64,000 nucleotides of DNA from the human T2T-CHM13v2.0 reference genome, Homo sapiens: the NCBI RefSeq assembly GCF_009914755.1, contig NC_060925.1. One strand, given 5' to 3'. How positions within the stretch are numbered: position 1 is the first letter of the stretch; each line of letters opens with the position of its first letter. A program made the translations under genes and the position numbers. The notes beneath the pieces were generated by a model. It worked only from the letters and a program-made list of their open reading frames with translations, had not been told where the DNA came from and searched no databases. Shown piece after piece: positions 15,876-31,022 of this stretch.

Positions 15876-16239
15876 TACTTCCTAGCTGCAAGGAAAAGCG
15901 ATAAGAAAATTACTAAAGGGCCTCTAGGTGCCAGGCGCTGTTGGGTGTAACAAGTCAAATAAGCCACAGTTCCTACGCATTAAATTGAAATACCTCATGC
16001 AAAGCATCTAATAGGAGCTCAGTAAAGTATTGTTAGAGCATAGAACTCAAGTGGGTATTATTATTCCCATTTTAAATATGAGGAGACTGAGGTTCAAAGA
16101 AGGGAAGTGACTTGCTTAAGATCACAGAATTGGTGATAGAATAAACTCTACGATGGCCAATGCAGGGCCCCCACTGAGCTCACCCTTCCTGTCGCATGGT
16201 CACCATTACCCCACTCAACCTGCCCTTAATAAGACTCAC

Positions 16240-16352
16240 CCATGGGTGGTGTTGCCAGTGTCTGTCGCCCCACAATCTGAGCTGGTCCCAGCCCATCCAG
16301 GAAATCGCTGAACTGGCTTTCAGCCCCTAGCCGGGTAGTGGGGAAGATGAAC
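16240..16352 (-). CDS. RIMS3: RIMS3 coding exon 5
   Basis: FIFPTTRLGAESQFSDFLDGLGPAQIVGRQTLATPPM (conserved RIM motif); cctgcag| and G|gtgagt; 113 nt. Confidence 0.97.
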
Positions 16353-17837
16353 CTGCAGGAGGAGGCAGAGGGACGCGTGAGGGGGTCAGGGCAACCTGAG
16401 GATGAAAGTATAGCTGGCAGGCTGCCATGCTCTGGCCCTGGGGCCCTGGGCACGTCCCTCTGTGCCTCAGTTTCTCCTCTAAACAGTATGATTGCACTAC
16501 TCTGGGAAAGGACAAACAGAACTGTTTATTTCTGCATACTGAAGAAAAATACTTTGATGTCACTTGAGAAAATAAACTAATAACAATACATAATGATGCT
16601 ATTTAATCCTTAATGTCCAGGGACTTCTGAAGTGACCCTTACAAGGCAGGGCTTGCTGGACACCTGTGTCCTCACCAGGGCATATCAGTGCTAAGAACCA
16701 GAGACATAGGTCAGAAATTTCAATGCCTGGAACAAGTTACAAGAACTGAGGTTTGAGTTGACTGCAAGTTTGAAATCCAAGTCAAACATGAGGTGGTGCC
16801 CAGAACAGCAGCTAAGACCAAAATAACACAATTACAGGGTTGAGGTGAATGGCAAGTGATGGTGGTTGGTGGTTGTTCCATGACTGTGTGGGGGTCTAGA
16901 AACAGTAACAAGAAAAGCTGACAGTGATTGACAACTGGCCAGGTGCCAATGGTACATTAAAAATTCCACATGGGTTATATCTTTTAATCCTTACAACCAC
17001 TCTGTGTGGTAGGAGCTATTATCCAGTCTTACAGATGAGAAAACAGAGGCTCCAAAAGGTAAAATTGCCTTGCCTGCAAAACAAAATTCATAGGGTTTTA
17101 TATGTTGAGGATTAGGGCAAATGAAAAGTTCCAGACAAACAGAAAGCACTAAATGATAGTTCCGGTTGCTGCTGTTGTTATCATCAAGGGAAAAGTGCTA
17201 CTTCTCTTTTGTGCTCCAGTCTAGATATTCTGGGTGTGGCCAGCTGAGAAAGGACAGATGAGGGAGGGTTGGCCCTGCCAACCCTCAGGGGCTATGATAG
17301 AATAAAGTTCTAAGATCTCCTAGAAAGGCCCAGGCTCCTGGCTGCAGAGATAAAAGGCTGTCCAAGGAAGAATCTCCTACTAGATAGTTTGGCCTTGAGT
17401 CCCCCTTGGCTAGCGGCCAGCAGGGAGGAAAAAGTAGGCTGTGTATGCTTGTCAGAGAGAGCCTGTGTCTCTCCCTGACTAGGCCCAGCCTCCACCCCAC
17501 AGGGAGGGGCTTCAAGGCCCCACTTTTATTGGCCATGGTCAACAACAGCCTAATATCACATTCTTAGGACAATGATATCTGAGAAGGTTAAATAAAGAAA
17601 CTTAGACTCTCAAGGTCACAGAATTTTAGGAGCTGGATATAGTGTGGAGATTGTGAACAAAGGTCATGGAATCAAATGGCCTTAATTCCAATTCTGACTC
17701 CATCACCACTTAATAGCTGTGACCTTGGGTAAGGTGGCCCACCCTCTTCCTCTCCCTGTTTCTCCACTTGTAAAATGGAGATAATGGTAATACCCACAAC
17801 CCTCAGGGTTGCTGTAAGTGTTAAATGATCCCTGTTA

Positions 17838-18191
<354 letters not shown>

Positions 18192-18423
18192 CTATCTGAG
18201 ATGCCCAGGCATGCTCTGCACCTGGGAAGATGTAATAAATGCTTGAGAGCACTCGCATTCATGGAAGTAGGTGCAGCAGTGAGACACACAATCACTGAAT
18301 CTCAAACGAGGGAGCCACAGAATCCTAAGCCTGGAAGTCACTAGGCCTTGAAGCAGAAGCAGAAAATCTTAGTCATACAACTATAATTTCATAGACTTAG
18401 AAGAGATCTGTGGGAATATCTAA

Positions 18424-18660
18424 ACCAGTGACTTTCAGATTTTTTAATGCAACCTACATGTAAGAAAGGAGATTTAACATCATGACCCAGGACAGACCTG
18501 TGTGCATCTATACATAAAAAATGGAAACAAAAGTTCACGAGGCAATTTATTCTTACTTCATAAGATATGTCTATTTCTTTTTCTAATGCTGGTTTTGACC
18601 CACTAAACCTATTTTATTTCCTGTCTATGAGTCACCATCCATGGTTTGAAAAACACTGAT
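18424..18660. mobile_element. hAT-Charlie-type DNA transposon remnant
   Basis: cagtg...tttca / tttgaaaaacactg terminal-repeat-like ends; a similar remnant lies at ~63480-64000. Confidence 0.45.
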
Positions 18661-19086
18661 CTAGTCCAATCTCCTTCCCTCAGCTCTAAGCAAGCCTCCT
18701 TGAGAAAATTCCACTCATCTGGGCCACAACAATGGTTTTAGATTTAAAAGGATTTTAGGGCCACATTTTCCTTTCCACCCTTTCCTCTGGAGCAGGGCAG
18801 TGTGTGCGTGGTGGGAGGTGGGAGGTGGGAGGTAAGGGTCCCTTCCTGAAACATACAGAAGGAACTGATAGCTCCTGGGTATCTGGATATTCCAATGGGA
18901 GCAATGGAAGACCTGAGGTCCAGGCACAGAGTGTTGAGGGGAGGGGTATGAAGGAAGGCAGAGACACAGAGGACCCAGACATTTTAGCTGGAAACAAAAC
19001 AGGGAGGCTTTCCCACCCTGCCCAGTGGCTCTGTGACTGGAGGACCGAGGAGGAGGGAGGGGACCACAGCGCGGGGCTGCACGCAC

Positions 19087-19228
19087 GTGCCGTCGGAGCT
19101 GTTGCTGTTGGTGCTCCCATCGGTGGACTCCCGGCTGCCCTGGCGTGTGACCCGGCTCCGCATCTCCACCGCGATGCCTGTCTCCGTGCTCCGGCGGATG
19201 TTGCTGCGCAGCTTCTTGGTGGCCCCTT
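19087..19228 (-). CDS. RIMS3: RIMS3 coding exon 4
   Basis: EGATKKLRSNIRRSTETG...NSSDGT; acceptor tcacag|AAG; donor AC|gtgcgt; 142 nt, phases match. Confidence 0.97.
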
Positions 19229-20050
19229 CTGTGACCCCCCCAACCCCAAGCACAGAGAGGGAACAAGGTCAGATTATGAATGGGGCTTCTCTAAGAGTCC
19301 TGCCAAAGTCACTCTCTTGGCATGGGGGGTTGATGGGGAGGATGAGCAGGGCTCTGACTGGAGGCAGGGGCATGGCTGAGCTGACCTCAGAGCTGGTCTG
19401 CAGCCTGACACCTGGCCCTGCTCCGGGCAGTGACACTGACAGAGCAGACTAGAAAGATGGCTGCAGGCAGAGTCATGATGGCGCCACCACGCAGAGCCGC
19501 AGATCCGCAGCTGGGGCCCTCGCCTCACCCTCATCAGGCTCCCCTGACGCCCACCTTCCCACTCGATTTCAGCCCTTGCTCCAAAGGTTAAGTGTGCCTC
19601 TTCCCACTCTCTTCTGGAAAGTTCATCTTCTCTGGGATTCTCAGACTGACTTTCCCTCTTTCAGGCACCCTCAGACCCTATCACACCCAGACCTCACAAC
19701 TCACCTCTGATACCTCTGGAGGCTCTATAGGAAAGCCCCCATGGGAAGCCTGGCCACTCTCAAACAAACCCACCTTCTCTAGGTGGGGCTGAACATGGAG
19801 AGGACGTGTGTGGAGAGCTGGAGAGGCCATTAGGAAAACAAGACAGAGAGGGACTGCTGGGTTGACCCAAATTGTCTTTGGCTTTGAGAAAAGGTCTGCA
19901 GAAGAACCCCGAAGCTGGCCTGTGAGAACTTACCCGTGTCTCCGTGCCTCCTGTTCAGAGGCCCTCGACCCCCATATCCTGGCCTCCCCCTCAGCCTTGC
20001 AGGGAACATGGGACACTTTCCCTCTCCCAGCAGCACACCATCCTGCCTGG

Positions 20051-20064
20051 GTTTCCATGGCAAC
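20051..20064. promoter_or_regulatory. RFX X-box
   Basis: GTTTCCATGGCAAC, exact match to GTTNCCATGGNAAC. Confidence 0.6.
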
Positions 20065-21511
20065 CTCCTCGGCATTGCAGTGTGGTCCCTCTAGACACCC
20101 TCTCCTCCTGGCGGGGGGCGGATGGGGGAGATGGCCTGAGGGTTTGCAGGGACTTCCCCCGCTGAAGCTTGGCAGCTGGAGGAACTTGATGGGGAGGGAA
20201 CTGGCCCTCAGATGGGAACTGCACCAAAGGAACCATTTGCTGTCACTGGTTAGAGGCCAAGCGAATTAACAGTGGAGTTGCCTACAGGGAGGGGGAGAGG
20301 CCAGGGCAGGACAGGCAGCACAGCCCCTGAAAACAGTGGGGAGCAGGGAGCTGGTTACCTTGGCAATTCTCTCCCACCACACCCAATGGTGGGCTGGGGA
20401 GGGGATGTTCAAGACCCCAGCCTGGGAAAAGGAAGACTTTATTCCTCCTGCTTCGTCTGCTTATCTTTCAGAAAGTCCCCACTGGAGGAGGGCAGGCAGA
20501 GAGGTCTAGGATCACTAGTGGATGGAAGGGTGGGTGGCGGGACAGGCTGAGAACAGGGTGCAGGGTGAGGAGGAATGCCTTCTCTGAAATCATCCCAGCT
20601 TCTGGGATACTGGAATAGCATATTCAGGAATCCATGACACCATCAACATGTCAGTCTGTCTCTCTCATACACACACACATACACACACACACAGAGTCAC
20701 ATTAGCTCATACATATTTTTTTCACAAAGAGAGGCATAGGCAGACATGCACGAGCAGCAGCAATCACATATATGAATACAGTAATCTCATACACAAGGCT
20801 ACATGCAGGTTTATATCACAGTCACACAGTCACAAATGGTCCTACCAGGTCTTGGTCACATGTACACATGATGGACTCTGCCACCTTCAGTCAAGTCACA
20901 GACACATGATCTTCACATGTAACACTTGGAGTTGAACCCTCCCATTCAATCACATATGTTGATGAAAACCCACAAATGGTGTCTGACTCACCTCACACAC
21001 AGAGGCCTGGGTAAAAATGCTGGTGTGTGGGGCCTCTCCCTGTCCGTGGCTCCTAACTCTACATCCTCTCTAACACAATTAGAAAACAGATGGGTCTGTG
21101 GGGGCTCCCTCGCCTTCATATCTCTACCCCACAACACACAGCCTGAGTTGGGGTCACCTCCTCATGACCCCAACCCTCCTCTTTCAGAGTTTAGGGAAAC
21201 TTTGACCCATTTGGGAGCAAATTTGCCTTTTTGATAAGACTTGTCCAACCCAATGTGAGACCCTGAGTCGGGGAGTCACAGAATCCTGAAATCTTAGAGA
21301 TACTTTGGCTACCCCTCCCCCAAATTTCACAGATGGGAAGCCTGAGGTTCAGGTGCCGAGAGAGCTGGGACTAGATCAGGCCCACAGACTCCCAGTCTGC
21401 TGTCATGCTCTTTTCACTCCCCTCCCAATCCCCCATCTAGCTGAGAGGTGATTCAGCAGAGATTAAGTTCCATGACCTCAGAGGGAGGAGAAAGCTCTTG
21501 CAATCTCAGAG

Positions 21512-21570
21512 ACGATCCCTCCACTGGCTTCATACATGTCCATACGATCCCTCCACTGGCTTCATACATG
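21512..21570. repeat. Perfect 27-bp direct repeat with a 5-bp spacer
   Basis: ACGATCCCTCCACTGGCTTCATACATG at 21512-21538 and 21544-21570. Confidence 0.95.
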
Positions 21571-24324
21571 AATAGTCTCAACCCCTGCTGATTTAAGGAA
21601 TAACTTTATATAATCTCTCTCTCAGTTGCTTGCAATAATTCTATGGGCTCCAGAGACCAAAAGACTCCAGGAACCATCCCATCTGTCCCATCACAAACAA
21701 AGGAGGGGCACTCACAGCCTGTACCACCACTCCCTATGGCATCTTCTGGAATGGTCCTGAGCCCTCTCTCTACCCTGACCCAGATCCCAGAGTCCAGAAG
21801 GGGAAAGCCACTGTCCCTGGTACTGAAAATACTAGCTCCGTTTGGGCAGGGGCTGGGACAGCCCAGGATGGTCCTGTGTAGACCCAGCCAATTGCCAGAC
21901 CAGAACCCACCTGTGTCCTGGACCCAAAGCTCTGACCCCACCCTCCTCACTGCTCCCACGACTTAGTGAATGTCAGATCCAGAAGGAAACTGGGAGAGAG
22001 CATTTTAGCTCCATTTTACAGAAGAGGAAACTGAGGCCCAGCGGAAAAGTAAATTTCCCGAGGTCCCATGGTGAGTTACAGAGCCAGGACTAGCCCTCTA
22101 AAGTGAGTTTTTGTAAGTCCACTCTAGGGCAACAAGAGGAATAAACTGGAAGAAGGCAGGCAGGAGGCAGGAGAACTAGAGAGGAGGGTGGTGCAATCGT
22201 CCAGGCTAGATATTATGGGTCCTGTACTAGGGCAGGGGCTTTGAAACAAAGAAGGATGGGCAGAGGTCTAGCCATTGCACAGTACGGACACACCAGGAGG
22301 AAGGAGGCCCTGGGAAGGGCAGACCTGAGCCCAGAAGACAGAGTCCAGGAGAGGAATTCCTCCCCACTTCACACAGCCCAGCCCTGCAGGGAATGGAGCC
22401 ATCTCATCTGTCAGGAGTGGGGGCACCCTTCTAGGTCTTTCCCAGAACAGTTTCCAGAGCCAATGCCCATGAGTCTGCCTCATATATTCCTCTGGCACCA
22501 GATGCTCCCACCCATGAGGTGGGTCCGAGCTGGGATACTGGCATCCTCAAGGCATGGGGGCAAAAAATGGAGAAGGAATTCTAGATGGAGAGGAACGTGC
22601 TACAGGGAAGGAGCAGAGGTGTGGAGGCTGAGAACTCACTTCTCTTTTGGCTTTATGGTACAATGGCAGGTAATAATAACAGCATCAACACTTCACTGAG
22701 TGCCTATACTATGTGCCAGGCATGAAGCTGGGTGCCTTTGCATACCCTATCTCACTTAATTCCCTGGATAACTCTGCAAGGCATGTATCATTGCCCTCAT
22801 TCTACAAACAAGGCAGCAGGCTCAGAGAGGTGAAGTAACTTGCCTTAGTCACCCGGCTAGTAAATGACAGGGGATGGATCTGAACTTGAGGTCGTTCTCC
22901 AGGAACATGCTTTCTCCCCAGGCTCTGGATGCCTCATCAATAAAATAAGTACAGCGTACTAGATGATCTCAAGGGACTCTCCTCACTCACATTCAGCAAT
23001 TAGCTGATTCACAGAGACCTTCAGTTAGAAGGGCATCTGGGCAGTTCCCCTAGCTCCAGTCCTTTAGCCATGCCCTTGCATACCAAGGAGACAAGGGATT
23101 CAGAAGCCCCATCATCATTCATCTCTTCTCAAGATGAAAGGTCTTCCTGGTATCTGCTCCAATCCCTGCCTGCAGCCTGTAAAGTCAAGGCAGACCACTA
23201 GAAGGTTCTCCCAGTGACTCAGGTCCCTATCCTGGCCTTGGAAGACTGTCCCCCCAAATCACTTTGGGCATGAAGAAGCCTTTGGGTCTGAAGCTGAATC
23301 AGCTGGATTTCTGGGCTTGGTCCCCTGGAGCCAGACTCCCGGGGTCCAACACCTCCACGACCTTCTAATCTTAATCTCACTCCTTAGTCCTATCTCAGCC
23401 CCTTCCTTGTCCCAGCCCAACTTCTAGATCCCTAAGTCCCCATCTCCCTGACTCTCTAGTACCAGGCCTAAACTGCATATTCACAGAGGCCATGCCCACT
23501 CTAGGGCTCTGATAACCTCAAGCCCCTTCCCCACCTATAATAGCTTTCCCCAGTGAGAAACCACATCACAGCTTGATTGCTGGAAAAGACCAGCCCACGT
23601 GCTACTGTCGACGGCTTTGTATAAATCTATTTTAAGGCCTGGAAAAGTCCCCCACCCCCAGCCCCAACTGGGAGCCTTGATGAGCATTCTCCCTGGATCC
23701 TCCGGAGCCCCCGCCCCCTCACCATCCCATCCAGCTGCCTATTTGAAGGTTTCTGGGGAAGTTGTTACTCTGAACAAAATAAGCCGGAAGAGATTTTAAA
23801 ACAAAACCAGCTGGTGTCTGGGCTGATACCACAAAGTGAGGAGGTCTTGGTGGGGAGGGCTGGCTCCTCTGTGATGTGGGGTCTATGTATGTCACAAGGT
23901 GGTCACCCACCAGGCTGAACATAACTGAGATTCTGCAGCTAGGTGTCTGAAAAAGGATACTGTATTGATGAGGATGGAGCTGTTAAGGTGTGTGTGAATG
24001 TGGCTTTGTGATGTACACCTGCACACATGTGACATGTTTCTGTGATCTGGGTCTGTGCATGTGTAATCAGAGGGCTGTGTCTGTGTGGTTTGCATGACTG
24101 GTTTTATCTGTGACCATGCGCAGTGTGAATTACTCTATTATGCTTCCCTGGAAATACGGGCAGCTTACCAGAGACACTGAGCGTTCTATTTATGTAACTG
24201 CACAAGTCACACATCTTTGTGTGTGTCTCCCTTGTGCTTTGTAACATATACATGGGACTACAGAACTGCATTTGTGTGGCTATTTGTATTTAGGAGACTA
24301 GGAGATTACAGGCGAGACTGAATC

Positions 24325-24453
24325 TTTTTTGTTTTTTAAACCAGGGGGTCTCACTATGTTGCCTAGGCTGGTCTCAAACTCCTGGGCTCAAGTGACCCTC
24401 CCGCTTCTCCCTCCCAAAGTGCTGGGATTATAGGTGTGAACCCTGCACCCAGC
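24325..24453 (-). mobile_element. Alu monomer (FLAM-like)
   Basis: Single Alu arm. Confidence 0.8.
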
Positions 24454-24891
24454 ACTTGAGACTAAATCTTATGGATGTGTATGTCTGTAAAACTGTGGTG
24501 TCACTTACACAGTGCCAGGATCATAAGGCTGTTTAATAAGTAATTACTGGTTAATGTCTGTGTGTGGAGACAGTGGAGTGTAAAGGTTAAGAGCATCAGC
24601 TAGGAAGCCCAACTGCTAGAGTTTGAATCCAGGCTCCACCACCTACTAGTTGTGCAGTTTGAAGCATCTGACCTCCCTTTTCTGTTCTTTGGTACCTGCC
24701 TCATAGAGCTCCATGGAGATTTAATCAGTCCATACACCTACTGGACCTAGAACAGCACCTGGTGTATGGGAAGGGCCACAGTATAAGTGTCTGTGGGCAT
24801 GGAAGTGCAGACCCATCAGGGCAGTCCCTGGGTAGTCTGTCTTTGCGAAGTGTCCCCCACCTCTACCCCGCGATGTCCCATGCCCCCTCAC

Positions 24892-25108
24892 CAGGCTGCG
24901 GAAGCTGGAGTGTGCTCTTGCTCCACTGAGTCAGGCCCACGATGGCCACCATCTTGGCACCCAGGCTGCTCCGCCGCTTCTTGGCGGTGGTGGTCCCAGC
25001 CCCGCCCCCGGCTTGCTGGGATCCGCAGATTTCACCGCTAATGCTGGAGCTCCGCACCACATTCCTGGAGGCCCCAGATGAGGCAGGACCTGGCTCCCCG
25101 TTAAACAT
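24892..25108 (-). CDS. RIMS3: RIMS3 coding exon (exon 3; exon begins at 25139 with 31 nt of 5'UTR)
   Basis: ATG at 25108-25106 in GGACCATGT context; MFNGEPG...LQLPQP; acceptor ccatcttcag (AG 25141-25140); donor G|gtgagg (GT 24891-24890); 217 nt. Confidence 0.97.
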
Positions 25109-25856
25109 GGTCCCCGGGGTGGCAGGGCCTCAGGCAGCTCTGAAGATGGGCAGGAAACAAAAGGATCCCACATCAGACCTGGATGAATCTACTGCAGTCC
25201 CACCACTTCCTAGCTGCGTGACCTTGGGCTAGTCACTTGACCTCTCTGAGGCTATAAGGTTAAATGCACAAACAAATGTCAAGAGCATGCACAGGTTCTG
25301 GCTCAATAAAAGAGACTATTCCTATTAGCACATGGCTATGAAAAACCTTGCAGGTGACCGGTTTGATGGAGAGGACTGAGGCTGTGGAGTCACATGGCCC
25401 GGGCTTGAATTCCAAAGGCCTCTACACACTAGCTGCGTGGACTTGTGACCAAACAAACATCCTGAGGTTTCAGTGAACATCTCAGCAAGATGTGAAATAA
25501 AAGCACTTAGCTCATAGGATTGTTCTAAGGATTACATTAAATAATGCACAGGAAGTGCCTGTCAGGCTTAGGGGAAATATTCAGTAAGTATTGGTGGTTA
25601 TTATCTTCATAGCAAATAATAACAGGGAGAACAGAACTGGCTCCAGCCTGTGCAGACTCTGGTGGGGTCCTTCTATGTGAAGGGGATACTGCAGAAAAGT
25701 CCAAAGCAGCAAGAAAATCACCCTTTATCGTACTCTTGAGAGGCATTTTAGCCTATTCCCTTCCAGCCACCCTTCCATGCAGTTTTTAAAATAACTGAAC
25801 TCATACTGCAAATATCATTTTATATCCTACTATTTTTTCATTTAACATTATATCAT

Positions 25857-27485
<1,629 letters not shown>

Positions 27486-29982
27486 AGGGTCATAAATGTC
27501 TTTTGGATTCTTAGAATCTATTGTCAAATTCCTTTTTAAAATATAGACATTTACTCTCCCTGTTAGCTGCATTCAACAAATATTTAAGCCCCTAAAATTC
27601 CCAGGCCCATGTTGAATGCCAAGGATACAGCAGTGAGTCAGGCCAACTTGGTCCTGCCCTCCCAAAGCCTCCAGTCCAAGACGGAGACAGACAGTAAGTA
27701 ACTAATTCTACAGTTAAAGATTTAATGATGGTTACACTAAGTGCTAGGGAAGAGGACAGAGGGCCCTGAGAACCACTCTGGGGGAGGGGGCTGCAGGAGT
27801 CCATGGCTCTGTTTTTAACAGAGCTGGGATCTCCAGCTGTTGGCCTCCACAGTTTGGCTGCAAAGTCCCAAGCTGAAGTCAGTATCCTCTGCTCAGGAAG
27901 AACCCAACAAGGCCAGCCTCTCCAGCATGCTCTGCACCCAGCACCCTACTGGCTCTGTCCTAGCCCACAGTGGTTTTCCTGGGGCAGCTGACCATGCCAG
28001 GGTTCAGGGCACTTCACTTGACCCTGGGCCCCCGGGCCTGGAACACTGAGAGAGTCTGCCTATTCAAAAGGACACAGAAAGGGGAGGGAGAATGGGTGAA
28101 AGAGGAAAAGCACCATTGTGGCAAATAAAGGAAGACAGTCCCCAGACAGCTGAGAATGGTCACCTGGTCAGCATGGCTCCTACCAGCCTGGCAAAGTATA
28201 GCTGACAGAGTGGATGAATTAACGCCTCATTTTGCCTTCTCTGTGGCTGCCTGGACCGATCTCATTCGCCCTGTGACGTGTGCAGAGTCCTGGATTGTAT
28301 TTCTCTATCCCCCATCAACCCTGCAGCTAATGGAAAGTCCCCCTGGACTGGGGCCTATGATGATCTCTTCGAGTTTCCAATTCTAGTGCCAGTTTGTGTG
28401 TTTTTGAGGTATCTGCACGGTGTTTTGGTGGAAGGTGGGAGAAGGCTTATCTGATCCTGTGACTCTGCCACGGTGTAGGTCTAATTTACTCCTTACAGTA
28501 TTTCTGGAAGGCATGTGGTTATCTCTGTATTGTAGATAAGAAAACTGAGTCTCAGAGAAGTAAAGGACTTGTTCATACTAGACAGCTAAGAAGAGGCAAG
28601 GCCTGGACTTGAACCCAGGTCTCCTGTTTCCACAAAGAGACAGAATGCTTAGCATCCCCTGTCCCTTCAACCAAAAATGGAGGCCCGGCCCTTAAGCTCA
28701 GACTCTGCCCTGGGTCTCTGGGCCCTTTGAGAAAACTAAAAGGAAAGTGTCTATATGAGAAAAGCCCCTCTGGCCCAGGTTCCCACAGCTGTCATGAGCA
28801 TCTAAGTTAGGGCAGTAGAAATCCCAACCGGACCATAGCTGGAGAAGCAAAGTGCTTCCCTAGCACAGCCTCTGGGAAGCAAGAGAGTACCACCCCCAGG
28901 GGGTGAAAAGGGAAGGGGGTAAGGGACAAAATTCCTGACCCTGCCAACCCAGGGGCTCATGTTTCCTCATGAATAATAAATGGAATTGACAAGCAGTTGG
29001 TTTGGCATCAAGGTCTCTGCACCATCCAGAGCTATTTTCTCATCTTTAACCATCTAGGGATCAACCAGGGGGGCTGGAGAACTGAAAAATGCTTGGGAGG
29101 GCCCAGCCTGCAGGCCACTCCCCAAGGGGCAGGAGGAGCCAGACCCAAAGCACTGGACCCAAGGTCCTAGGACTGACCTTGTGGGTCAGAAGTCCTGGGT
29201 AGGGCAGCTTAGGAGGATTAGGAATCAGGATGTGGGATTCGAACGTGAACAGATTCCTTATGTGAACTCCTCTGGGCCTCGGCTGTCTCATCTGGGTGTA
29301 AAATGAAGGGGTCAGGTTAAGTAATCTCTAAAAGTCCTTTTGACTGGGAGAGTTGAGTCTCTGAATGCACATTGTAGCAGAGGTCTCAGAATTAGAGATC
29401 TAGTTTCTTCTCCGGCAGCAGGTCTAGCTCAGGAAAGACATGCCAAAGTTACAGATAGGGAACCTAAAAGGAGGGCCATCAACTGCATAGCAACCCCTGA
29501 GCCATCAGACCACAGGGATGGAAAAGGGAAGGTGGTGGAGACTGTGGCAGAGTGGTTAGGAGCAGGCAGGACACAGAGCACACCGTGTCACATGTTGGTG
29601 ATTCCAAACGATTGCTAAATAAACTATACCCTTCCCACGCAAGTCCCTTCACCAATTCCCTGCTTCTGAGCAGACTGTCCCTTTCTCAGCCCAGGTCATG
29701 GCACCACAGGGAAGGAAACCGTCCTATGATCCCAGTGAGTCACAGAGACCTCACTCTGAAGTTCTTCCTGCTGACTCCCAGCTATTGCCACAGCAGCACA
29801 GAAACTTTGATCTATCCTCCAGGGAGACAGCTACTGCCCCCACTCCTGCCAAAACTCCATGCCAAAAGAGACCTGCCCAGCTCCCCAGGAATAAGCTTTG
29901 TGTTTTCTTTTTAGCCCTTGGATGTTTGGCCTCTACCCTGGGGTCTCAGTACCCTAAAAGGGCCCTCCAAACTCTCTCCTGA

Positions 29983-30358
<376 letters not shown>

Positions 30359-30847
30359 CAGATGAGAATTTTTGGTAGTTCAAGGCCGCACAAAAGCTCA
30401 AGATGAACCTAGCCACCCACCTTTCCAACAGTAAAGACCAAGGAATGCATCACAGGGTGATGGAGTGTTAGGCTGGAAGGGACTGCAAATAACTGAGGCT
30501 CCCACCACCCCTCCCCATCCTCTACTCACAGTGGACATCATTAACCTCTCTCTTTCCCATCAAGGTCAGACTTAGCCTCAGAGTCCCTCTCAACACAGGG
30601 CACCAGCACCAGCTGATGAGAAACAGCTCATGAGCTAAAACTGACTTGCTGTCTCTATTCTAGCCTGAGCCTTTTATTTTGCAGAACAAGAAATCAAGGC
30701 CCAGAATGGGGGAAAGACGCACCAGGGTGACATAAAAAATTGGTGGCAAAATCACTGCTTCAACCCTAAGTCCCCTAACTCTCAGGTCTCACATCACCTA
30801 TTGGGTGCTCCCTCCCCACCCTTCACCTGGAAGAAAACCCAACTCAC

Positions 30848-31022
30848 CGAACTGATGAATCTGAGCCTGGTGTTCCGCATCACAGGGGGCTGCCTCCCAA
30901 CAGCACACCCCTAGGGCATTTGCACAAGGCTTCAATTGACTTCTGCCAAAACACCAATTTTCAAGAAATGAGGTGAAGGCAATCAGGGCAGGCTCCCAGA
31001 GGAGGCGATGTGATAAAAGGGT
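30848..31022 (-). other. RIMS3: RIMS3 non-coding exon 2 (175 nt)
   Basis: Strong acceptor ctcctctcttcccttccag| (AG 31024-31023) and donor TCG|gtgagt (GT 30847-30846); size agrees with my recollection of the gene structure. Confidence 0.75.

Noticed and set aside
25109-25173. Possible N-terminal extension of RIMS3 from an upstream near-cognate start
   Set aside because: In-frame TGA 24-22 nt upstream of the ATG within exon 3
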